Source: Podarcis tiliguerta | Lineage: Eukaryota | Assembly: GCA_965153285.1 (NCBI GenBank) | Contig: OZ229113.1 | Direction: 5' to 3' (one strand) | DNA: 64,000 nt | Shown: positions 53,418 through 64,000 of the stretch, one piece after another | Position numbering within the stretch: the first letter of the stretch is position 1 | Layout of the letters: each line of letters starts with the position of its first letter | The notes under the pieces: generated by a model | The model's input: the letters and a program-made list of their open reading frames with translations, nothing else | The model's database searches: none | Told to the model about the DNA's origin: nothing | Made by a program: the position numbers and the translations under genes

Positions 53418-53867
53418 CAGTAATGTTTGGCTTTTTGGAATTTGGAAATTACAATGTGAGATCTCGATCCAAGAAGCTGCTCTTAAGGTGTAGTGAAGCC
53501 TGGTGGGCTGGAAGACAGACTGAGAAGACACTTAAATGTAATATACCTGAAAGTATAAAACAAATCTAACGAATTCTTTCAGGGTAATGCACTGCAGGTG
53601 TTGTCCTCACTTTTATTTACACCTACACAGTCATAAAAACTAATAGCTCCGCAGTCTTCAAATGCAATTGCTTGGGAGTAAACTCTATTGAACACACTGG
53701 AACTTCTTTCTGAGTGTTCCACTGTTGGTGAGTTATATTAAGTGGGCTGGGTGCTGATGAAAGTTCTGAATGTCACACTATGACTAGGAAGAGAAAATGT
53801 TTCTGATTGATTATTGACCTTAAATCCTCTTATGGTTTGCATTATTCTTTCCACAGGAGTGTGTGTG

Positions 53868-53918
53868 TATATATATCTATATCTATATCATCTATATCTA
53901 TATCTATATATCTATATA
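53868..53918. repeat. (TATATC)n-like low-complexity repeat
   Basis: Direct reading. Confidence 0.8.
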
Positions 53919-56900
53919 ATGTTTATATATAAACATTTTTCTTTCTTTGATATGATGTCAACGTGTATAAATAGGAAACGGAAGAGAGTGAATGTAAAGC
54001 AGATAAGTGGTCAATATTGTTTACGTGGTATAGAAAGAAGCATTTAAATTTGCTGAATTTCAGCTTAAGCCCTAATGGAATAAAAAATTCAGCTTTGTCA
54101 TTGTTTAAAGATTGGCTGAATGGCAATGCAACAACGTACTGATAATAACTTGGGACTGACAATAAATACTTTATTTCCCTTAGCTTAAATGCACTTAAAT
54201 ATTATTTAGTCTGTTTCAGTAATGCCATTAGATAAAAGTTTTAGAATCAGGTTGGAAGCTCAGTTTGGTTTTTTATGTTTTGATTCTGGTTTTTTTGGAT
54301 GCACAATTTACATATGCAGTTCTCTTGGGATTTGGGAGATGTGGGAAAAGGAAGGACAGATACTTCCCTTTTGATCCATTCTATTCTTGGCTTTCTCCAT
54401 TGAGGCAAAATATGCATTTCCTTGGGGCTTGTTGGTTTTATGTTTGCCTTTGGTTGGAATGCTGCCGGAATGCATTTTGCAATGCATTTCAAAAAGAAAA
54501 AAGAAAAGAAAAGAATTTGTTGCTTTCTTTATTTTAGACCTGCCCTATCCCGAAGGGCCAGCATTTATCTACAAAGTGACTACAACCACACATCATCTCC
54601 ACAAAGCAAGGTTCAGCTTCCCCAGGGCAAAACACATTTATTTCTTTATTTAGGACATTGTCTAGATTTTATTCAGTGAGTTCCTCTTTAGGCTGCTGCT
54701 TCTAACAAGTAAAGAGGTGCCACAATATCTGCCTGTGGTTCTGCTCAGATATGTAGCAAGTTCTTTGCTACAGAGAGAATCCCAACCTGTTATGAAATAG
54801 TTGTATAGACTAGCTGCACATGTGGCATGTCTCAGAAAACTGTATGAAAATTTATCTGCAAAGTTGAGCCAAGTATGTTGTCACACAGGAAATGTAGTTT
54901 CAGGACTGAGTCAGATTGTTCAGCAGTAGTGCTGAAAAACTTTTGGACAGTGTGGTCGTAATTTAGCTCAGCTATATGTAGTTTGTACTTTGGGAGGCAA
55001 TATGTCTGCTCTGTTTACAGAAATCAATGTAGTCTTGGTAGCTAAAACAGTTTTTGTGCTTGTATAAGATATCCCTGATAAAAGCACAGGCTGAGGAAGT
55101 GGTGACACTTGAGATGTCTTGTGATGCAGAGGCCATGTTTAGGCAGTTGTCTATCACAAACCATGGTTTGTGAGGTTGCAGATGAGAGCCCTGAATGTGT
55201 TCTTTTACTCCCTTCTCTATTTCATGTGCCAACTTTGGACTCTTAATGCCATGCAAACCAAAGAAGGCTGGGATTACCTGTGAGTCATGTTCTCAGCTTG
55301 TCTGACAAGCAGAAGAGACATCAGTTGCAAACGTAAATGCTTAAGAGGATCATATCTGAAGAACAGGGGTATCTTCATCCCAGTAAATGAGAAATGTTTA
55401 TGCCACCCTGGAAAAAGTTGTAGTTGTCTCAGTTTCAAAAAAGAATATGCAACAATAACAGTGGTGGTAGCCCATACAACATGTGGAAATATACTTTAAT
55501 CATCTGATTAATTTACAAACTGGGCAGTGTTTGGGAATATCATTACATTTGCTGGTTGTAGCTTTAATCCCAGATTATTATTCTGCCCATCAATAGTTCA
55601 AATAACTTGGATGAAGAGGGACAGTAATCATAATGTTTTCTCTTAAAAGTTATTTCATTCATTACTGTTTTAATTGATGGTGGTGGTTATTTTGTATAAG
55701 ATTAATTCCAAAATTGTCGTCCCCCCCCCCCCCATATGCTTATTCATTGACTAGACATCAGGGATGGATGGGGTGGAAAACTCAACACACTTCAGACTGG
55801 AAAATCAGTTTTGCTTTCACACCCTTACATGCAAATCAAGGTTACATTTTTATTTGAGCTCTGGAATATTTGAATACTACCAAGTATCTGGTGCATCATT
55901 ACATAAAAATGTCTACACTGTAGTCATGTGACAAATTGTGCCAGATTTGAGCACACGTTGAAGATGAATTAAATGCAAGTGTTCTAAATTTGGGTAAAGG
56001 TAAACTAAATAAATAAATACCGATTTTATCTAAATGGCAGCAATCTCTAATAGTTGTGTTTGAATTGTTTTTTGTTTTTAAGTAATACACTCCACTGTAT
56101 CCACTGAGGACATCACTGCACAGGAGTTGCTTTTTATTAATGAAAGAAAGGCCCAGATGAATGAAAATGCTGCGACCTTTAGTGTTTGAAGCGTCTAACT
56201 GTGACTGTGGGCTTACAGCCATCTTGTCATCACACTCTGCTCTTTAAATCAGCAGCTGCGTTGTAGCACTGCACTAATTGCTCATAAGAGAATGAAGAGC
56301 CTCTTTTATAGAGATCGTGATTGGTCATTGAGAGCCCAGCTGGTACCCTCCTTCTCGTTTATAAAAGACAGCTATGTGCTCCATAGTTCTTTCAGTCTTC
56401 TACATTGACTAGTGCCTGGCATTTCTAGTATAATCTTACTGTTCCAAAAGTTTCTGGAATACTCGTTCTGTGTGATTTAGGGTCTTCCCCCCCCCCCTTT
56501 TCTGAGAATGTTCTTTTTTTGGTGGCAGATCAACAATCCAGCTATCAGAATGTCATGTGTCAAACACCAACAGGTACCAGGCTCTTTTTTTGCTGTCACC
56601 TAACAGGAAAAACAAAACCTGCCAGCTTCTTAATAGTTGCTTGTTTAATGGTTGTCTTGTAATGCTAGCTCTGTTTTCTCTTTCATTTTGTCTGAGCCTT
56701 TCATTTTAATTTCTTCAATGAGTTCTCAAGCACTTTATTGGAAAAGGCACACCTTGTGGTAGTGGAGCCCTGAATGAGCACCCCTCAGTATAAACTATGC
56801 GCATACAGTTTATATTTTACAGTCTCTAATGCTAATGATTATTAACTTTTATAAGACCCTTTCTACTGTAACAAAAGCCTCAAATAGTTTCCATAGGAAC

Positions 56901-57565
56901 AAGGTCATAATTGAAAGAAAAACATTTGATTGAAAGAACCGGAATGATAGACATAAAAATTATAATCCTTGCAGAGCTTTAGATGCCTCTTTAGAATGAT
57001 TAGAATAATTTGGCTGCCAAGTTGATCAAATTCAAAAGACTAAGCTTCTCCTTTTGTCATTTATGTAAAGCTGTTAAATAGAACTTCTTTTACTGAATGA
57101 GGCCTTTCTAAGTTGGGGTGTCTGCTCTATTTCTTTTCCCCATTGGAGTAAGTCATCCTTTTTTTTCTCTGGGACCAAAACCATTCTAATGTGTCTTGGT
57201 TTGAAAGGAATGTTATAATGTGGCCCCATTAAAGCACATCATTTGTGCTATGTTATCCAACCAGCATCTCTCTCGTTTAATCTTGGGTATGTTTAAATAT
57301 TTACAACCCCAAATCTCTTTCAGATAATTCTCTTTAACAATAATGTCAGAAGTATATACTCCCCAGGCCAAGAGTGCTTTCTATGTATAATTTGTTGGAC
57401 AAACATGTGAACACTTAAACTAGGAATGTGTCAGGCAGACTAAAATAAAAATAGACCTGCAATTCAGAGTCCATCAGCCCATGGTACATATATAGCAAAC
57501 TCCTTCCACCCTCATGTACCTCTGATAACTCTGATTGTTAAGATTTTTTTAAAAACTTTATTCTG

Positions 57566-57568
<3 letters not shown>

Positions 57569-57597
<29 letters not shown>
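57569..57597. repeat. (TA)n microsatellite
   Basis: Direct reading. Confidence 0.93.
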
Positions 57598-57600
<3 letters not shown>

Positions 57601-60600
57601 CTTTGTCATCTAATGTTCACTTTTGTTTGGAACAATCGCTTTATAGCCGGAAGTACTGTGTTTTCCTGAGTACATGATTATCAGGCAGCCTCTGTTGCTG
57701 CTTGTTGCAGAAACAGCTTGTTGGCTTCCACATTGTCACTGTAAAGATGTGGAAGGAAATGCATATCTTTCTGCCAACATATAGTAGCAGATGTTGAAGA
57801 AACTGTACTGTTCTAGTGAGGAAATGAATAAAGTTGAAAGGAAGGGAAAATGAATGTGCTGTTGTTGTTGTGTCAAAATACTGTTATTTAAATATTGGTT
57901 GGTTATTTTGTGGTAGTGGTGGTGGGTAAGTGGGGATATTCTTCATCCCTGTCTGCAATTTGCTGACATTAGCTATCCATGGACTGGGTGAGAGGTCAAA
58001 TGCAGCCCTCCAGTCTTCTTCTACCTGGCCCTTGGGACTCTCCCCAGGTCACGTCCCTTACCAGCCTTACTTCATATGCTCCTTGATTGTTTTTGCCTGG
58101 CTGGAATGTGTTTGTGAACTTTGGTAATGCATTTTGGTTGCCTGGATGTAAGATAGAGACGTGTATATGTAGAGTAACCAACCTACCATACAAAGGTAAA
58201 TGTGCATTGGTTACTTTGCCCAGTTTTGCCACCTGGGATGGTCTCTGTCCACCCCAGCATGTAGTTCCCAGAAGGTTGCCCAGGTGGGAAAGGTAGCCCA
58301 TGGTCTGAAAAAGATTTCCCACCCTGGGACTAGCTAGAATAAGTCTAGCAGGTGCGGCAGTAGCTCTACACAGTGTGATTCGTGACTAGCTGTATTGCAG
58401 GATCTGCTGCTGTGATCCCATGCCCACATTTCTTCATCTGCAGATGAACACCGTTCTCAATTAGTATGCTGTCATTTCAGCATCTTCACTAGCTCAGCTC
58501 TCACCCAAGGGCGTGTTTTTGTTGAGAATCAGGTTGTGGTGGAGGCTGTAGTGTCTTTAAGAAGTATGGTTTAATTACACACATTTACACCTGAGTTTAG
58601 ATGAAAGGGGGTGCAGATCTTAAACCATTGTCATCTCAAGAGCAGCTTGTTCTTCATAGCCGCCCAGCATTGCAGACAGAGCCATCCTAAGCGCCATCCC
58701 TTTGCTCCTGCTTCCCATCTAGTTCTAATGGTTGCTGCCGCATTTTCCCTGTGACATCATGCTCAGAACCTTGGCAATTTCACCATTACCTTCCAGACTA
58801 CCCAGCCAGTTGCTGGCTGGCACACAGGCTTAATTAAGCTGATCGCTTCTCTCCCTGTCTCTTGTTAAGCTTAATCACTTCCTGATGGCCCGCCTGACAA
58901 GTGGCTTCCTGGTCCCAGAGAACAGGTCTCACCTATATTTTAGCACTTTGCTAATTCCAAGGTCTGGCTCCAAGCATTTATTAAATTGGAGAACTTTTGG
59001 GAATTTGCCCCCCCCCCCTTATAACAATAGCACTAACAATAGGTTAGTTTAAATTTAAAAATGGCTTAAATTCATCATTGCACAGGTGCTTGTCTCTTGC
59101 AACTTGATATGGGATTCTCAGTTCTTTTTGAATCACAAAGAAAACACTCAAGAGTTCTTAAATACCTTTCTTCTATGTATCTTGAGTCCAATAAATGTGT
59201 TTCATTAATATACTTTTGAAAAGCACCTAGTCTTGCTGGCTGCTGACTATCATGAAGTATTTGCTACAATTGCGAGTAAGCTTTTATCTGAAACGGAGCC
59301 AGAAACATAACCGATTGACCTAAAAACCTCAGCTTTTGTTTGAAACGCCTTCATTCATATCAGTACAATGCTTAGCACAAGAACCAGAAGGAAACTAACA
59401 CTTCTCCCTTGAAGTGATTCTCATCCTCTGAGAACCAAACTTGGGTTCAGTGGGGGCAGATAAGGGAGATTTTTATGGTTCCCCCTTATTAAAATGCTTA
59501 GTCCAGAGCCTAATAAAGATTTTCAATTCATACACATTCTGAATAATGTTCTTCCAGTCCACTTTTGTGTCACCTTCTTCTCCCACATAGATGCTTCCAC
59601 TCCCCCCCAATAATTACGTTGTCCAAAAGTGTGAACTATGGTTTACACTTGCCTGCAAACCAGAAACAAATCCTGATGTGCCAGGCAGCAAGTACAAACC
59701 ATAGCTTACCTGTTTTTATGAAGCAGCAGTTTCTGGTTTTCTTTTTTAAAAAAAAAAAAAACAGAACTGGAAATAAAATAGCCACTCATGATTGGAAGGT
59801 CAACAAGGGAGCACATGATCTAAAAGCAGATCCGTGCTTGTACTCCTTAACATTCTGTACTGCTGGGTCTGGACTTATGGGGACAAAGGTCCCTCTGCCT
59901 CTCCACCTTAGTCGAGGAGGAGGCCTGGTCATAATTCCAAGCCATGGTTTACTACTTAGATAGCTACACAGTCCCATAATCTATACCCGAGTAAACATGG
60001 ACCCTGTGGAAAAGTTAAAGTGCATCTTACACTGCTTTCACTTAAGCAACTGCAGCTTTGAGACACTGCCAGAGCTCTCTCACCGCGTTCCCAAAGCTGG
60101 ATAACTGAAGCGATTTGCTTACTAGGCTCTGGGAAGGTTGTGGGAAGGCCCTACGAAGCTCCTAAGACTTTTCCAGAACCCAATAAGCAGCCCTCCACCT
60201 TGGGGGAGGGCAGTTCTGGCAGTTCATGGCTTTAGGCAGTTTTGCATTTATGTGTGGCCCCCCGGAATCAAATTCCCAAGTAGCATGCAAGTTACCTGTA
60301 TATGCAAATTGGCAATGAATAACACTTAATGCACTGATTAACATGAGGTTTTTGACATGCAATAGCACTTTTTGGTCTTTTTTGTTTCTGCTTTGTAGAG
60401 CAGTTGTGGACCTGCAGACACATTTGGAATACTGGAGAGCAAAGATTTATGCAGAGGGAGAGTGGGTAGATTCTGGTATTTTTCCATTGTGCAGTGACTT
60501 CTGCTTGTTACGCCACTGTGTTCCCAGCAAGCAGGACTTTTGCTCCTTTATTGAAAGCATAGCGACATCTGAGTTTAAACACATGTTGCACCATATCATT

Positions 60601-61123
60601 AAGGAAATGTTCCACAAGCGTTTTCCCATACGGTAACTACAAAGTATATGGTAAGATGGGAAAATATAGTTATTATGAATTGCCTATGGAGGAAAATGAT
60701 TACAAACAAACAAAGGTAAGGATGATATGGTAATAGATAACATCACTGTTTTTCTGTTTTGCAGGAAATGTAAGTGTATAAATGTAAAAGATTGCCAGCA
60801 CTTTGGCATTAGTTTATGATTCTATATACACAATCTAGTATTCCTCTGACCTTATTTATATATATAAATGTTTTGGGTAGATTGCAGAGCAAGTATGGGT
60901 TGACTTCAGTCTTACACTATCTGCTTCTTGATGTTTTCACTTGGAATCCCTACAATGAATTGCTACAATCTAAATTTTCAAAGCAAGAATTTTAAAGCTA
61001 CAGTTAAAGAATTTTAAAGCTACTACAGTTAAATCTACTACTAAGAGTCCTACAGTTAAAGCTAGTATTAAGTGGCCACCAGTTCTGTTCTCAGGAAGGC
61101 AAAAGTAGCTTAATGGAATGGAC

Positions 61124-61329
61124 CAGAGCTTTCCAAACTGTGTGTCACGACACGTTAGTGTGTCAGCTGCAGTGTGTAGGTGTGTCGCGTGAATGTTCCC
61201 CATGCTTCTCCCGGGGCTGGAAAGGGGTTAGTTTAACCTCTGGTTTGCTAGTAAAACTGAATTACTGTGTTGCAAAATGATGCATGTCTAAAAAGTGTGT
61301 CACCAACATGAAAAGTTTGGAAAGCTCTG
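61124..61329. mobile_element. hAT MITE
   Basis: Perfect 16-bp TIR CAGAGCTTTCCAAACT / AGTTTGGAAAGCTCTG, internal TGTGTC(A/G)CG motifs and a degenerate 8-bp TSD GAATGGAC / GAATAGCC. Confidence 0.85.
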
Positions 61330-63686
61330 GAATAGCCCGTAGTCCTCCAAGTCCAGCAGGTGCCAGGTAGTACAGTGCAAAGCCCAAAAGCTTTTGTCCA
61401 TCTCAAGACTAAACATCAGTCAGATGCAGTTGCTGAAAGTTGCCCTATGTTTTATTATGTACTTTTTTGGTGGGGGGTGGATATTACATAAGATTGTAAT
61501 AGGGAATGGGGAGGCCACAAAGCTCTGCTGCATATGCAGAAAATTGCTGTTTGGCATTTAGGATCCTACTTGATGTGATATCAGATAATTCTAAAATATG
61601 CAGTTTTTGACTGTGAACTTTCTTTGTTTGCATCTTAATTTAGTGAACTTTCTTTTCAGAATCAAAATAAAAAAATCCTTCCAGTAGCACCTTAGAAGAG
61701 TAATTTCTGTAAGATTTACAGTCAACGTAGGGTACAAACATAATGCAGGCTGAGATTTGTGGAACGCAGTAGGAAGGGATTTCTGAATTGGGATAAGCTG
61801 AAAGTCTAAGACAGTGAAAGTTGTTAATTTTACCTTTGATCAATGAGCAGACAGAATTCTGACCTGCACTTTAAAATCCAATTCAGCGGTCTGCATATCA
61901 TTGCAAATACTGATAAGTTGTTGGGGCTCTTTTCTGTGGGGAAAACTACTTTAAAGTTGCCTTTACGTAAGTCGCATTGTGCCTGTGCACTGTAGTGACA
62001 GTACAATCCTCTGTTTAATATGGATTTTCATAAAAAAGGTAGCAATCTAGGGTACAGCTGTTTATGCTGGCTCTGTCTGGAGAGCATGAGACACTTACTC
62101 TCAGGGTTGTGCATTTGAACACCACATTGGGCAAAAGGTTTCCTGCATTACAGGCAGTTGGACTATATGACCTTTGTGGTACCTCCCAATTCTATGTTTA
62201 TGCATTGCTTCTGAGGAGTCTGAAGTGCACAACTATGCAGTAGTTTGTCTCCTGACCCATGTTTAGACTAGCTAGTAAACACTAAACCAGATATGCTTTA
62301 ATTAAATCCTTCCTTCCTTTCACATCTACAACAGAATCCACAATTAATTTCATATGGTTAATCTAACAATACGGCTTTTACCCAAGTGATATGGTACATG
62401 TAATGTTCTCAGCTGATCCAGTCATTCTACACAAATAAAGCAAAGTTGGGCCACATGTCTTTAGCAGGAAAACACTAGATTTCAGAATGTTGTTGCTTGT
62501 TTCTCTCTCCCTACAAGTTTCTACAGGGCGGAAATGAGTTCAGAAAACACGGCATCTTGTGCTGCTTGTTAAATTGTTTTAGAGAAGCATAGCAAATGAA
62601 GCATGTTAATTGGCAAGGGCATCTGAATTGGGAAGGTGGGCACTTACATCTTTGGGTTGAGTTTAATGAGTACTTATCAAACCAACTGAATAAGGTTTAG
62701 ATTTTGACTTTAAAATAATTGAGTCTTATTTATTTAAATTTATATGCTGACACTTGAAATCTCAGATTCCCAGAATGTAGTGGCTAGTTTTGATACATTA
62801 GGCATTTTGTAAGATGAAGAATGTGTTGAAACACCTGAACAAACAAAACATTGGAACGAATTCTTAAGCCTACTCTTAAGCTGTTGTTTATGGGGTGAAA
62901 AGCCAGTGGAGTGATAGTATCCTGCAGAATTTGCAGCCAGCATTATATCAAGGGTTTCCTCTGCCCACACTTCCAGTTATGTGTGTATTTACCATTGTCT
63001 GCTTTGTGCGTCTGACTGATGTCATGCCACAAAGGATAAATACCATATATCCTCATGTGGCTCATGTCACGAAGGATTCATGTATTGACCTAAAAATTTT
63101 CATAAAACTACTGTTGAGGAGGAAAGTAATAGAATCCCATTGTTTGAAAATTCTGTTTTGTTCCTTTTCATTTTTCCTTGTTTTAAAGTTTTTCCCATTG
63201 TTTTTCCACATTGTGTCCTTAACCTCACCCTGCCTGTTTATAGCTCTGGTTGAAGCTTTGCTGATGGGAGATGTCATTGTTTTCTACCTTCAGTTTCTTG
63301 CTCTTGATAGGGAGGGAACTGAGTTCATGGCCTTACACCTACCACTTGTTAACTGAGGACTTATATTTTGAATATATGGGCAAAGATGTATGGCATCGTG
63401 TGCTCTAGGAGAGAGCAGGGAGTGGGAAGTCAGCAAGTGAAGAAATGGGAACTTTCTGAGAGGGAAAAGAGGCAGGCATGGAAGCGAGGATGAAACCAAG
63501 GCTGCGCTTTGATCATTAGCTCCTCTGTTGCTTATGAGATACAGATGTAGAACTTGCTTGGGATATGTGCATGGCTTAGTATAACAGCATTGTTTTAAAG
63601 CTGCATCTGCCAACTACATTTGACCCGTTCAGGCATTCTAAATCCTTCATGAGCTGGAGAAGAAGGTTGAGTGCACTAGCTCCAAG

Positions 63687-64000
63687 CATAGCTGTCAACC
63701 GTCCCTTATTTGGCAGGAAACTCCTTTATCCCAGCGCCGTGTCCCACTGCTGTCCCTTATTGATGATGTCCCTTAAATTTCCTGGGTTTCAAAGGAAGCA
63801 GCTCCTCTCCCTCCCTCCCTGCCGGCCAGGGAGGAGGGGGGCTTCAACTGTGTTGCTTGGCTGAGTCTAAAGACGTCTGTGGGGTGGATGAGCTTGCATG
63901 CCTTGTGCCGATGAAATCGGCCACGTTGCCTGGGGACTCGCTTTTGCTCAGCGCTTCCCAGCGGAGAGGTGACGGTGGTTTTCCTTGCTGCATCCCCTTT
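63687..64000. mobile_element. Left end of a third CATAGCTGTCAAC-family hAT element, running off the window
   Basis: 63687-63863 aligns by eye with 43005-43163. The sequences are unrelated beyond that point. Confidence 0.85.

Noticed and set aside
60985-61062. Short imperfect tandem repeat (AAGAATTTTAAAGCTACAGTTA)
   Set aside because: It is an ordinary slippage duplication with no further structure.

Overview
Vertebrate genomic DNA, very probably from a lacertid lizard (Podarcis-type Sauria SINEs, BovB, CR1 and Squam3-like SINEs). Two protein-coding genes lie on the + strand in the same order as at human Xp22. The first is the 3' part of BCLAF3 (CXorf23): eight phase-consistent exons from 2060 to 15665. 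The second is the 5' end of SH3KBP1 (CIN85): a CpG-island promoter at about 23.4-25.9 kb, exon 1 ending ATG-G at 24794, and the 158-bp SH3A exon at 45775-45932. The rest is intron or intergenic sequence rich in transposons, with a 200-N assembly gap. None of the long track ORFs in the GC-rich regions looks like a real gene. The most unusual signal is a set of non-autonomous hAT elements with intact TIRs and 8-bp TSDs that enclose CpG-island-like cargo. One family occurs three times with shared ends and different interiors, which suggests Pack-TYPE capture of host DNA. Also notable are a Tc1/mariner-type element carrying a 99-bp tandem array of palindromes, and an 89-bp tandem duplication that copies a BCLAF3 splice donor. 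All gene and repeat-family names come from my recognition of the sequence, not from database searches.
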